Of a stretch of 64,000 nt of DNA, positions 1 to 13,463 are shown in pieces. The notes beneath the pieces were generated by a model. The model saw only the letters and a program-made list of their open reading frames with translations. It ran no database searches and was not told the origin of the DNA. A program made the translations under genes and the position numbers. Position 1 is the first letter of the stretch. Each line of letters begins with the position of its first letter. The DNA is from the human T2T-CHM13v2.0 reference genome, Homo sapiens: assembly GCF_009914755.1 (NCBI RefSeq), contig NC_060930.1; one strand, 5' to 3'.

Positions 1-33
1 AATAAGACGAGATCTCAAATGTATGCTACAGAG

Positions 34-369
34 CAAGGGTCCTCAACCCCCGGGACCATGGATCCATACTGGTCTGTGGCCTGTCAGGAACAGGCCTCAC
101 AGCAAGAGGTGAGCCGTGGGTGGGAGAGCATTACCGCCTGTGCTCCACGCCTCCAGTCAGATCAGTGGGGCCATTGGATTCTCATAGGAGCATGAACCCT
201 ATTGTGAACGGCAGATCTAGGTTGCCGGCTACTTATAAGAATCTAGTGCCTGGCGATCTGAGGTGGGAACAGTTTCACCCCAAAACCATCCCCTCCCCAA
301 ACCCACTTCCACGGAAAAATTGTCTTCCACGATACTACTCCCTGGTGCCAAAAAGGTTGGGAGCCACTG
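34..369 (+). mobile_element. MER1B-type hAT-Charlie DNA transposon (complete MITE)
   Basis: Starts caagggtcctcaaccccc and ends ggtgccaaaaaggttgggagccactg; 8-bp TSD ctacagag (26-33) / ctatagag (370-377). Confidence 0.9.
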
Positions 370-559
370 CTATAGAGGGTTCCCCAAAAGACAGAAAATA
401 TTTGTATCAAAAAAAATGACTTTGCCCATGCAGGAGTAGAAAGTACTTAAAATATTGCCTCATTTTAATTCTGAAATCATTTGTTTGAGGTAGCACTTCT
501 AGGCCTCATCTTTTTTTGCCAGAACAATGTCCAAAACCATCAGCGAGATTGAGCTAATG

Positions 560-847
560 GGCCAGGTGCGGTACCTTATGCCTAGCACTTTGGGAGGCTG
601 AGGCGGGCAGATCACTTGGGGTCAGGAGTTTGAGACCAGCCTGGCCAACATGGTGAAACCCTGTCTCTACCAAAATTACAAAAGCAAATGTATCCAGGCA
701 CGGCAGTGCACACCTGTAGTCCCAGCTACTCGGGAGGCTAGGCAGGAGAATCACTTGAACCCGGGAGGCAGAGGCTGCAGTGAGCTGAGACCGCACCACT
801 GCACACCAGCCTGGGCAACAGAGCAAGGCTACATCTCAAAAAAAAAA
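560..847 (+). mobile_element. AluS element
   Basis: ggccaggtgcgg start, dimeric body, poly-A tail; TSD attgagctaatg (548-559 / 848-859). Confidence 0.95.
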
Positions 848-2569
848 ATTGAGCTAATGAGTGTGAAAGTACTTTGCAAATTCCAAATTACTTTGTATAA
901 GTTAGTTAGTCCTATTTCTCTTGTGCTTTGAGATTCTGACATCGTATCCTGTGGTTCATAATAACTAGATAGCTCTAGTAATTCAAAGCTACATAAAACG
1001 TGGTTATTAAGTGAAATCATTAGAAATGTGTCCAGAAAAAAATTGCATTTTCTGAAGGACAGAAAATACACGTATATCTCTCTTGGAGAGTTTCAAGTAA
1101 GGGCTGCCTTAGGGTCCCCTATTAATGAGGCCATCTCTGACCCCTTAGGTGTGGATGTTCAGTTGTTACAATGTTTCTAACACTATTCTATTAAAAAGGC
1201 CAAAAACTAACTGCACAACAGATGGGCAAGTGCCCATTATGGGCCTGCCCTGTCAGTGCACTCTGCTGCAGCTGTGGTTGGACTTGCTCCCTTGGCAATT
1301 CCTGGGCTCACAGTGGTCAGTGAAATACTTAGGCAGGACGTGGAAGGTCCTAAGGTGCTGTGACAATGCTCCAGCCTCTACTCTTGTGTCTGGATGTGAG
1401 AGGATATGGCATAGACAGCTGAAAGCCTCAGAAGACAGGTGGAGTCCAGGAAATTCCATTTGCAGCTATCTTTATCAGGGTGAGCTGCAATTGTTTGCTG
1501 TGATAGCGAGCTGAAAGCAACAGTTCTATCAGATTATTTTTTAGAGATGACTAAAGTACACTATAGAAAGGAAGTGCTCAAGATCTGTTTGCTGATGTAT
1601 TGCTTGCTTCATAAAGCTACCTATTAAGAAAGACACAAAATAACGAAATAATAGCCTAAACAATGTTAAAATAGGAAGATAGAAATAGGACTTTCTCTTT
1701 CTCATTTCTAAAGTGTGTATAGAGTTCTCTTATTCTCTCTATAGCATTCAGATACCCACTGGGAAGAAAACAAAAACAAAACCAGAAACCATCATAGATA
1801 TTTCACAATGAGAAAGTTTGTTACAGGGAATTGGTTTCACCAATAATGGGAAAGCTGAGAAGCCAAATAAGGAGCAGCGAGAAACAACCCAGTGCTTAGC
1901 AATACAATAGCAGCAAGCTGCTACCACCTTAGGGCTGGAAGGAAGCTGGAGTTGCAGGGTCTGATGAGCCAGAGCTGTACAGCAGGAGTTACCATAGTCA
2001 GTACTTCTGGCAGCAACTGGAGCCAGAAGTTTAATTTCCTTATATGGTAAAGCAGAGGTTGTATTGTGCGATTACCTTGACTAAGAACTATCCTCTGACA
2101 GAGTTTCCAGGTTACCTCTCTCTCTTTCTGGATGTTCTTGATAGAGACAGAATCCAGTTATATTTTCTCCACTTTGCTAGATGATGTTATGGCCATCTAT
2201 CTTTTACAAATAAATGCTAGTTAATTATTTAAGCTTTAGCAGTAAGCCTGTTCTCAGATCTAATTAAACATAAGTGAAAAATAAAAGACACACAGGCATG
2301 TACTCTACAGTTTAAAGCATGAAACTTTCCCTTTTTCTGTTAGGGAAAAAGTCAATTCTCCTTGAAGTGTATGGTGGTCTACTGCAAGTTCACTTTCAGC
2401 TCTGCTCCCACTCCTCCCCTAGTCTGCTCTGAATCAGAGGGGACTCTGAAAATAAAACATAAGTATTGTTTCCTCACCCAGATACAGTGCAGGTCTTAAT
2501 ACCATTTCTGAAATGTGCTAACTTTGGCCCTTGCCTAGATTACTCTTAAACTCTGTAATAGAAACCAAC

Positions 2570-2763
2570 TGGGCTGGTTTCATGGAAGACAAATTTCCAT
2601 GGATGGAGGGTGGCGGGGGATGGTTTCAGGATGAAACTGTTCCACCTCAGATCATCAGGCACTAGATTCTTATAAAGAGTTGGCAACCTAGATCCCTCAC
2701 ATGCAGTTCACTGTAGGGCTTATGCTCCTGTGAGAATCTGATGCCCCTGCTGATCTGACAGAG
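2570..2763 (-). mobile_element. MER1B internal fragment (both termini lost)
   Basis: Reverse-complement similarity to 34-369 (ggtttcatggaagac...ctgttccacctcagatcatcaggc...gctgatctgacag). Confidence 0.85.
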
Positions 2764-3050
2764 CAACACAGACCAACACAGCCTAGGCCAGGGATGCCTT
2801 AGGAAGTACTTGGTTTCTTCCTGTGTCTTTCTATCTTTTTCCACTAATTCACCGGCCAAGTGAGAAAGAGTCAAGGGAGACTGGGAATTTAGTCCTCCCT
2901 GATTCATATCTGCTCCATGGCAGAGCTCTTCCCGCTCCTTCTCCCAGCAGGACACCTGCTCTATTATGTCTTTGGCTTTCCTTTTCGTAGATCAAGTCCT
3001 GAGAATTGGATGAAACACGCTGACCAAACACGTAACCATTCATTGGAAAG

Positions 3051-3407
3051 TATATTAGTCCATTTTCATGCTGCTGATAAAGACATACCCGAGACAGGAT
3101 AATTTATAAAGAGAAGAGGTAATGGATTCACAGTTCCGTATGGCTGGGGAGGCCTCACAATCATGGTGGAAGGTGAAAGGCATGTCTTACATTGCAGCAG
3201 CCAAGAAAGAATGAGAGCCAAGTGAAAGGAGTTTCCCCTTATCAAACCATCAGATCTTGTGAGACTTATTCACTACCATGAGAACAGTATGGGGGAACTG
3301 ACCCCACAATTCAATTATCTCCCACTGGGTCCCTCCCACAACACATGGGAATTATGGGAGCCACAATTCAAGATGAGATTTGGGTGGGACACAGCCAAAC
3401 CATATCA
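3051..3407 (-). mobile_element. THE1 (THE1B-like) MaLR solo LTR
   Basis: tatattagtccattttcatgctgctgataaagacatacc...cagccaaaccatatca; perfect 5-bp TSD gaaag (3046-3050 / 3408-3412). Confidence 0.93.
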
Positions 3408-3649
3408 GAAAGTAAGTGGCAAGCTATAACATTTCCTCATTTTTGTTATTGCCAAAGACTTATGCCAGCCACAAAATTCTTTCTGACAGTACGACTGATC
3501 TAGAGCTCAAAATTGAGTCCAGATCAGCTGCCAAGAGATGTGGAAGAGATGAAAATGAAATAGAAGTATTGTTTCCTTACCTAGATAAGTGCAGGTCTTA
3601 AGCACATTCCTGAAATGAGCTATCTTTGGCCCTTGTCTAGATTACTCTT

Positions 3650-3947
3650 TTTTTGTTTGTTTGTTATTTGAGACGGAGTCTCGCTCTGTCGCCAGGCTAG
3701 AGTGGAATGGTGCAATCTCAACTCCTGCAACCTCTGCCTCCTGGGTTCAAGTGATTCCCCTGCCTCAGCCTCCCAAGAAGCTGGAATTACAGGCAAGTAC
3801 CACCACACCTGGCTAATTTTTGTATTTTTAGTAAAGACTAGTTTTCACCATGTTGGTCAGGCAGGTGTCGAAATCCTGACCTCGTGATCTGCCTGCCTTG
3901 GTCTCCCAAAGTGCTGGGATTGCTGGCATGAGCCACCGCGCCCGGCC
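3650..3947 (-). mobile_element. AluS element
   Basis: T-rich tail, antisense Alu ending cgcgcccggcc; TSD tagattactctt (3638-3649 / 3948-3959). Confidence 0.95.
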
Positions 3948-4169
3948 TAGATTACTCTTATCCTCTGTAATAGTCCATCATCAGATGCCCAGGGACTCCC
4001 TGGTACATTTGCTCTGGTCTCCCATCTCAGCAGCCCAAACCATGCTTAAAAACTACCTACCTTCTCTCCCTCCTTTTGAAAAAAAAAAAAAAAAAAAAAA
4101 TGACAACCAAGCCAAAAAGTATACATAATACCCTTTTCTTCATTGTGGTTTATAATAGTAATTAATGAT

Positions 4170-4727
4170 TATTTATTTATTTTTATTTGTACAAATGTAT
4201 AGAGTGCATGAGAAATTGTGTTATGTGTATATATTGTGTAGTGATGAAGTCAGGGCATTCAGAGAGTCCACCACTTGAGTACAATACTTTCTTGTTAAGT
4301 ATAGTCAACCTGCTCTGACCAAACATTGAATTGATTCCATCTTACTGTATGTTTGTATCTTTTAACCTATCTCTCTTTATATTCCCCTCTCCCCGCTACT
4401 CATCTTTCCCAGTCTCTGTTATCCATTATTCCACTCTCTACTTCCAGGTGATCAAATTTTTAGCTCCCACATATAACTGAGAACACGTGATATTTTTCTT
4501 TCTGTGCCTGGTTTATTTCACTTAAGATAATGACCTCCAGTTCCATCCGTGTTGCTGCAAGTGATACAATTTTATTCTTTTTATGGCTGAATGGTATTCC
4601 ATTGTGTATATACATATACCACATTTACTTTATCCATTTATCCATTGACGAACACTTAGGTTGATTCTATACCTTTACTATAGTGCATAGTGCTGCCATA
4701 AACATGCAAGTGCAGGCATCCCTTTGA
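4170..4727 (-). mobile_element. L1MA 3' end fragment
   Basis: tttgtacaaatgtatagagtgcatgagaaattgtgtt...ttcacttaagataatgacctccagttccatcc; same type as the L1 at 14850. Confidence 0.85.
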
Positions 4728-5018
4728 TTTTTTTTTTTTTTTTGAGACAGTCTCACTTTGTCACCCAGGCTGGAATGCAGTGACTCGATCACTGCAACCT
4801 CTGCCTCCGGGGTTCAAGCAATTCTCATATCTCAGCCACCCACGTAGCCGGAATTACAGGTGCGTGCCACCACGCCTGACTAATTTTTTTGTATTTTTAG
4901 TACAGACGGGGTTTCACCATGTTGGCCAGGCTGGTCTCAAACTCCAGGCTTCAAATGTCCTGCTTACCTCAGCCTCTCAAAGTGCTGGGATTACAGGTGT
5001 GAGCCACTGCACCCGGCC
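4728..5018 (-). mobile_element. Alu element (AluS/J)
   Basis: Poly-T, then gagacagtctcact...gagccactgcacccggcc. Confidence 0.93.
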
Positions 5019-5029
5019 AATATATTATT

Positions 5030-5256
5030 TTTTATTGAGTGCTTACTATGACCAATTTCTGTTCTAAATACTTTTGAATAAATTCATCCAATCCAGACAG
5101 TAATTCCAGGTGATAAATTCTACTATAATATCCATTTTACAGATGGGAAAACTGAGTTAGAGAGGTTAGATGGTTTGCCCAGGGTTACATAGCCACTAAA
5201 TGATAGAGAAGATTTTAAGAGCCCAACTCTAGTTAATGATCTTAGATACTACACTA
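5030..5256 (-). mobile_element. MIR
   Basis: Antisense MIR core ccattttacagatgggaaaactgag...ttgcccagggttacatagc. Confidence 0.8.
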
Positions 5257-5494
5257 GATTCCACGCGGCTTAGGCAAGAGCTAACAGTTAAAGCAACCAG
5301 ATTTAACCAATTCACACTTACGTGTGAGTGATTGATAGTCATTAACCTTCCCTGAGAAATTTGCGCTTGTAGTTTTTAAATTATTTCTTTTTTCTTTTGA
5401 CAATTTTGTTTTTTAAATGTTTAACATTTTAAAATTATTCTTTTTGTAGAAATTTAGCACTTTAAAATGATGTCTGTGAACCAGAGGAATCTCA

Positions 5495-5570
5495 ATCAAA
5501 GCATTTTTATGAAGCACCTACTATGTACTGGCCTTATGCTAGGTAATGGGCATCCAAAGATGAACCAATC
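5495..5570 (-). mobile_element. L2 3' fragment
   Basis: catttttatgaagcacctactatgtactggccttatgctagg. Confidence 0.55.
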
Positions 5571-5589
5571 ACAAGCCTGATTGCTGCTT

Positions 5590-5800
5590 TGGTTATAGGC
5601 ACAGGTCTTTGGTCATAATTGTGTTTGAATCCCAGTCCTGCCACTTATAAGCAACCTATTTTACATGGCCTTTTTCTTCCGCCTGCAAAATGGGATAAAA
5701 CAATAACTTTTTTGGGTGGATTTGATTAAATAATGTCTGTAACGTATTTAGCCAGCAAGCCAGCACACAGTAAATACTCAATATATGGTAGCTATTATTT
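5590..5800 (+). mobile_element. MIR
   Basis: tttgaatcccagtcctgccactta...ctgcaaaatgggataa...cacacagtaaatactcaatatatggtagctattat. Confidence 0.75.
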
Positions 5801-6686
5801 TGAACTTTCTTCCTGCAGACATGCAAACAAAAATTACAAAGTAAGATAATGACCTCCTCTATAAATGCTGTAGTGGGAGTGTCCAGTGAAAAGTGGTGGT
5901 ATGCTAGGGTGCTCTTCAAACTGTGCCTTACAGAGTTTTGAGGCACAGGCAGTCACAGGCATGCCTCTAGGGCCCAGGGTGGGCTCGGGGTGTGGAGAGG
6001 GGAAATGACACCCCACCGTTCCTGCCACCTCTGCTTTCCTTTCAACAAAAATAGAGCCAGTTTTGTCCCGTGTGTTTGTTAATATTGGTCTTTCCTGTCA
6101 TGTCTCATTCAAGAATGGATTCTGCCTAAAATCCCCCTTGAGACTGAGAATCCTAAACTCAACTTTCTAATCATTTCTCTGGAGGTCCTTGCGTAAGTAA
6201 GTCTCTTACCTTCCTTCACTTCACTTTCCTCTTATGAAATGAGGTAATATATTTCTTCTGACTGATTATTATTGTTCCTTCCAGGTATAAAATTCTGCAA
6301 GTTTTGGGGCATGTCGGGAAAAAAGATATGTGGATATGCTACCCCAAGTTAACGTTGTCCCCTAGAGACACCTCCCCGAGTCAAACACATTTGCTGGTGT
6401 GTTGATTTGTTTCTTTATTTGTGCCATCTTTCTCCACATCTGAACTTAGAGACTCTCAGAAGATTCCTGGCTTTCCACAATAGCTTTCGAGGCAGTGGGG
6501 CAGCCCAGTAGGGTTCTGGGATGTAGGTTCTGGCAGGCATTCTACACATTGGTCAACTCCAATGCAAGTAATTTTAGCTGGAAAGTAGCTTTCTCCAATC
6601 AGAATTACCTCACTAAGGTCCTCTGCAGACCAGCTGCTGAGTTCATTACAACCCCTGAGTTCAAGGTAAGGGGACACTAGAAGTTA

Positions 6687-7101
6687 CCATTGACCCTTGA
6701 CAACTTCCCTTGCAGTGGAAAATTCATGTATGACTTTTGACTTCCCCCAGAACTTAACTACTAATAGCCTACTATTGTCCAGATGTCCTACCTATAACAG
6801 TCAATTGACACATATTTTGTGTTTTATGACTTATATACTGTATTCTTACAATAAAGTAAGCTAGAGAAAAAAAATATTGTTAAGAAAATCATAAGGAAGA
6901 GAAAATATACTTACTATGTATTAAGTGCCATGTCGATCATCATAAAGGTCTTCATACTCATCATTTTCATGTTGAGTGGACTGAGGAGGAGGAGAAAGAG
7001 GAGGGGTTGTTCTGGTTGCCTCAAAGGTGGCAGAGGTGGAAGAAAATCTGAGTATAAGTGCACCCATGCAGTTTAAATCTGTGTTATTTGAAGGTCAACT
7101 G
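6687..7101 (-). mobile_element. Tigger2a-type Tc1/mariner (pogo) non-autonomous transposon
   Basis: TIRs ccattgacccttga...tgaaggtcaactg flanked by TA; characteristic body (ctgaggaggaggagaaagaggaggggtt). Confidence 0.88.
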
Positions 7102-7103
7102 TA

Positions 7104-7565
7104 TTTTTTAAAATTGTGGTAAAAACACATAACATAAAATTTATCATCCTAACCATTTTAAATGTACAATTTAGTAGTGTAAAGTATATTCACATTGTTA
7201 TACAACAGGTCTCCAGAACCTTTCCATCTTGCAAAACTGAAACTACACTCATTGAACACCAACTGTCCATTTCCCCCTCCCCCAGCCTCTGGCAACCACC
7301 ATTCTCCTTTCCTAATGTTCATCCATGTTGCAGCATATAACAGAATTTCCTTCTTTTTTAAGGCTGAATAATGTGCTATTGTGTGTATATACCATATTTT
7401 TTTTTATCCATTCATCTGTTGATGGACATTTGGGTTGTTTCCACATCTTGACTATTGTGAATAGTGCTGCAATGAACACGGGTGTGCAAATATCTCTTTG
7501 AGATCCAGCTTTGCATTCTTTTGAATATATACCTGGGATTGCTGGATCACATGGTAATTCTATTG
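7104..7565 (-). mobile_element. L1MB 3' end fragment
   Basis: aaattgtggtaaaaacacataacataaaatttatcatcctaaccatttt...ctggcaaccaccattct. Confidence 0.85.
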
Positions 7566-9119
7566 CATCTATTTTCAGTGCTCTTCTGCCACAGGCTGCC
7601 GAGAAAACTTAGGAAAAACTCACAGGTCACATTTGAGAGCTTTCATGCTGCTTAGAGCTTCCTGGTTTGATTCCATCCGAGTCTATGAGGAAATGGCTGC
7701 TCTGGGAAGAAGCAGGAGTTAATTCAAGTCTGGAGAATGCCTGCTTTTTTGAAATCCCCAGCATGCTACATGTGATATGGGCTTATAAGAACCACATGCT
7801 TTCTCATGCTCCTTTGGCTCAACCTCAGAGGCATTCTAGAGTTGGCCCTTGCAGCTAGAAACCACAAGAATGTCAATGATGCAATTTAAAATATGCCAGT
7901 TCCCACTCCACTGGTCTGTAAACTAAATAAATTGCACAAAAACCCCTACAGTCTCACCTCCTTTATCAGAGGAAATTATTGAGAAGGTTTCAGTGATTTA
8001 GAAAATATTCAAGCATAGCTTCTTAAACATCAAGTAGCAGCATTATATGGAGTTGGTTTTGTTTAATAGTTTATTCACAACACTCAGTAATTGAACCACT
8101 AGGTACCATGGTGACAGAAATGAAGGTAGATGGATGGGAGTTATAGAAAGACAATGGGTCCCCTGTCTTTAATGTTAATTAGTTGGCCCCTGCCATATAT
8201 TCCATCTGTTCACATACTGTGACCTCAACATACATGCTGCATGAAGAAAAAAAACTCAAAATATATATTAAACAATTATTAAGTTGGAAGTTTTAGAAAT
8301 TGACCTAGGAGGTTGATATTTATAAAATATTTTTCCTGCCTTTTGAAAATTAAATGAAGATATAAAATTTACCATTAAAGAGAGGATATTTCAATTTCTT
8401 TGCTGTTAACTAACTATCATTTGCACTTTACAGGAGAATCAATTATGGACAATTACCAGTCAGTTGTTGGCCAATCAGATATTTTGATCCATGATTTGCT
8501 CCAGGCACCATTGTGGATTTAGATGTGAAGACAGTCCTGGGATTTCAATTTCTTCAGATGCTAGTGGTGTTTCTTGTAATTGTCAAAGCAGTGAACCAAT
8601 CAAAGCACCTGAATTGAGTTAGGTTACTGTATAGGGTATGGGTTTTAAAATTGACCTTTTACCTCTATAAAGTCAAGGTCTTGCAATTAAGGAGACTTTT
8701 AAATATAGTTCCAGTTTGGGTAAGTATCTAAGCCCAAAGGAAGAGAGGAGTTAGAAGTTTGTAAGTATCAGCTTCAAAAATTTTTATACCGAAAAACTGG
8801 CCAAGAGGGGAAATGAGAAACACAAACATTTATCTCAAGAAAACAAGATAAACAACAGCAAAACACAAAAAATTTTGGAAAGGAAGACAGTTCACAATGA
8901 AAATTTTCTCTATTTCTATTTGCAAACCCTAAATAACTATTTTATGCTGATTGTGGAAGAGTTCAGTGAAAATTTGTGACTTCCTTTCATGGAGAAGACA
9001 GACTTGAGTGCCTATTGCCCCTCCAATGGGAAAGCAGTGTAAAGCTTGCTGCTTTCCTTGCACTGGAGGTTAGGCCTAATTGAACAAATGTATAACTGAA
9101 TTGCATGTGTGTGGTGGCA

Positions 9120-9171
9120 GAGAGAGAAAGAGAGAGTGAGAGCCAGAGAGAGAGATGGAGAGAGAGAGAGA
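9120..9171. repeat. Imperfect (GA)n repeat
   Basis: gagagagaaagagagagtgagagccagagagagagatggagagagagagaga. Confidence 0.8.
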
Positions 9172-9302
9172 AATCCTTCAACGACTGGAGAGCTGAGAGA
9201 ATGCCCGAGCCAGAGTCGCAGATCCCCTCAAAACAGAAGATATAAGAATAGTACCATTACTACCTGGGGCCATTGTTTTGAAAAAATAATGTGTGTATAT
9301 CA

Positions 9303-9516
9303 GAGGAGCATATAAGTTAGTACACAGGCTCTGCAACAAGACTGCTTGAGTGTAGATCCTGACTCTACCACCGTGGGCTCTGAGACAAGCAACTCATCAT
9401 CCAGGGCCTCAGTTTCATCTAAAATAGGCAGAATAACATTCCTGTACTCCTTCAGGTTGTTGGGAGGATTAAATGGATTTCTATCTGAAACCCTTCTAGA
9501 ACAGCAGCAGGCACAT
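9303..9516 (+). mobile_element. MIR
   Basis: ggcctcagtttcatctaaaataggc...ggttgttgggaggattaaatg. Confidence 0.7.
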
Positions 9517-12453
9517 GTATGCAGTTGGTGTGAGCTATGTGTGCTAGTGGCCAAGGGGGGACCTCTGCTGAGCAACCTACAGAGTAGATCTGAAACATAC
9601 ATAAAATTTGCCATGAGGTTTTAAGAGCACTAGCTCATGGGCTTCTTGTTTAAAACTTCAATAAGGCTGTTACCTCATTGTGCCACTCGAGCCTGAAGGA
9701 GTTGGGTCTTTTCTTGCCAGGGACTTATAAAGACCAGAAGATAAAAGACAAAAATGGAATTTGACTGCAAATTTTCATTACTAAAAGACTCCCATTTTTG
9801 CTTATATTAAGAAACAAGGTTTTCAAAGGTTTCCTCTAACCACACTATCTTGGGTTAGTCAGAATGAACACGTATTTATGGGATCACGGTCTACAGGATT
9901 TGCCTGCAATGTTAAATAAAACCACAATTTGTGTTTCTAAAGTCATCATCTGGTTAGAAAATGATCACTGTCCTAAATGTAGAAATGAAAGAGAAAGTAT
10001 AACACGGGAAAGGAACATTTTAGGGGGACACACCTTAGAGGTATACAGTGGCTCATTATTTCCTAGAAGTCTCAGGCAAGGGTTCTGAACCTAGGCCTAC
10101 TGAGTTTCAAGGCTGAGAAATCCCTCTGAAAATGAAGGTGACATGATAGACTGCATGTTTTTCTGCAGATAGGTTCTCAGGCTTGGTTAAATCATTATAA
10201 GTATCTGTCACTGAAATTACCAAGATCCATTGGACTAATAACATATTCAAAAACTATGGGAGAGGAACAAATGTAGTTTCTTTTTATACATTTTTTCATA
10301 TTATATGTAACCTTGGATACCTCCAACATTCTATTTCAATTCCCAGACGATTTTCCAGCTAAAATACATTAGCGCCACCAAAGCGTGGGCAAAATTTTTA
10401 TCTTCTCATGTTTTCCCGACAGCATTTATCTGAGTCCCAAACCAAATAATTCTGCCTATATATCATGTGAATAACACAAGGAAGTTTATTTTTAGGGGAA
10501 AAATGTCTTATCATTCATAATAATCTAATATTTCTGAAATGAATATTGATACCGAATACAATACCAGAAGGTTAGAACAGAACATACATATTTCACTGGA
10601 AGAAACTGATTTCCACCTAGTGTCTGTGAAACAGCAGAAGCGAAATTAATGTCTTCTTGCATTGGTGCTGCTGTGCATGGCAATCTCGCCAATGCCGCCA
10701 ACTCCTAATAAAGGGCTCTCTTGGAACAAAGCTGCCTCTTGTCTGCTTGCTCACAGTATCTATGACACTAATATTCTAATTAGCTATCGCCATTCTCATT
10801 ATCTTTGTCAGAGAGCTACGTGCTCGTGGATGCAGCCACCTAGCCACGAGATCAGATCTGCATAGTCACACACAAAACACATACACATATGCATGCACAT
10901 AAAACCTAGACATATCTGCTCTGCAATATCCCATCTCCCCTTGGTTTACAGAATGCATTCCCAGTCTTTTGGGGACTTGTTGGAGGATAAACAGTAAGCC
11001 CATGAATGTGTAGTCCAAATTCATTAACGCGGCATTCACGGCTCTCCAGGTGCCACATCCCTCTTCTCTCTATTCCCTTTGTCCCTTCCCCACCGGAACG
11101 CCACTCCTTCTCCATTCTCTCCCTATCCCATGCCTTGTCCTCTGGGCATTGGAGATGGATTCTCACTATCACGCCAAACATACCCCACACCTCCACCTCT
11201 GTGTTTCCTCTACCTGAAATTCCCCTCATACTTGTCAAATCTCTATCCCACCTTCTGCCGCCATCAAAATCCCATAAGGTCCATCTCGATCACTCCTCAA
11301 TTCTCCAACACCCTAAGGCAGAAGCAATGTCTTTTTTTGCTGGACATTTTATGTATTCCTTTTATTATATAACTTATACAACTTTGTCACCACCTTTGGA
11401 CATTTCATCCCACTGCCTCCCCTGCTCCTGTGCCTCCCACAGGCTCTGCCATATTCCCCTGCTCAGCGTAGAGGGTCCTCAGTAGATGCTGGGGACATGA
11501 ACTAAGTTGAATGGTAGGATTATAGGAATAGAAAATACTGCAGTTAATAATAAGATCATTTTTAATAAAATTTTTCTCTAGATTCATGAGCATATTTTCT
11601 TCTAGCCCTTGACAGAACGAACAATGGAAATGTATTGTTCATAGGTATGTACTATATCGGGTATGCATGAACACTGGCATGTTTGCCATTCTCTTTCAAC
11701 CTGGGGGCTTAAATTTTCCTTTGCACCAGGCCACTGCCATCTAAGCCCTGCAGGATTTGGGGACCAGATGAGTCCTTGTATGACATCTGATAGTAAGTAT
11801 TTATTTTATTAACAAACGAGGCCACAAAGAATGTGACCAGTTGAAAACAGAGTTTGGTTTCTTCATGTCTCTCCTTCACCATAGGGATTTTGTCTCTTTC
11901 ATTGTAGCACTTAGCATAGAGTCCATATCCAACAAGTATTTGAAAATATTTTCTTCCTACTCTTTCATGTTATCTTCATTCAATAGTGAGGGTTTATAAT
12001 TTTTCCTCCCTTCTTTCCTTCCTTCCTTCCTTTGGAGTTTATTGTGTTGACTTTTTTTTTGCTATCGTTGCGAACATTGGAATATGAGATGACACCCAGG
12101 CAGTGCCAGGGCCGAGCAGTGTGTTAAGTATGGCTTCTATTTTGTGAGCTCACACTGCCCTCTCCTGGCCTCTGGGTAGATCTTAAAACTTCACTCGGAT
12201 TGCAGCACAAAACACATTCCAGCAGGCAGAGAAAGAATGATAATAAATGGGACACAAAATCCTTCCAATATTAATAATCTCATCATTTCAAATTTTAAAA
12301 ACTATTTGGCTCTACTCTCTATGCTTTTGGTAATTCCAAGCACTTGAAAATATCTATAAAATTCAAAATTCTTAGATTGTCTTTCCATTTTATTTATTTA
12401 TTTATTTTTTGGTGGAAAGCTTGTTATAATATCTTGAATAAAATGTGGTCCTG

Positions 12454-12826
<373 letters not shown>

Positions 12827-12879
12827 TTAAGGCTTTTGGTGGTGGTGGTTTGTTTTGTTAGCAAGTGATGTGCAGTCAT

Positions 12880-13090
12880 GTCCAGGCTCTGCCACTCACT
12901 AATTAGGTGATCAGGATCTAGGACAAGTAATTTCAACCCTCAGCCTTAGTTCCTTCATCCAGATGTGGCTGTAGAAATACCTACCCTATCTTCCTCACTA
13001 GAAATGATAGAAAGATCTAATGAAATATTTTATGTGAAGGCATTTGGAAAACTCTAAGATGCCATACTCATATGAACTATGATGATTATT
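12880..13090 (+). mobile_element. MIR
   Basis: ccaggctctgccactcactaattag...tgaaatattttatgtgaaggcatttggaaaac. Confidence 0.65.
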
Positions 13091-13463
13091 TCTAGATTTT
13101 ACAAAAAGACAACTTAACAAAAGATACTAGGTGTTATAATGCCAGGTGAAGTGCAATTGTATTAAAAAGACTTCACTTTTAAACATTAAAAAATTTTAAA
13201 GATATATGAATCTAGAAAATATTCTTTGTTTCCTTCCCAAAAACTTCTTAGAATAATATAGAAAATGACACTTTCCTGAGGAATTTTTTTGTATATTATT
13301 AGCAAAGGGCAGAATATTGGATTAAAAATCCAGAAAGCCCTGTAATTCTATGTTTTTAAAGCATAGGAATAATCTATCTAATGACAGTATATAGTCTTTA
13401 AATAGGTCTTATATCTTCAAAATAAAAATAATAAAACCTCCATTAATACAAAAATAACAAAAT

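Noticed and set aside
10369-10388. Partial CTCF-like motif tagcgccacc
   Set aside because: The second half of the motif does not match
11006-11485. 159-aa S/P/H/L-rich ORF
   Set aside because: Low-complexity pyrimidine-rich DNA with no recognisable domain or splice context; likely chance or an L2-like relic
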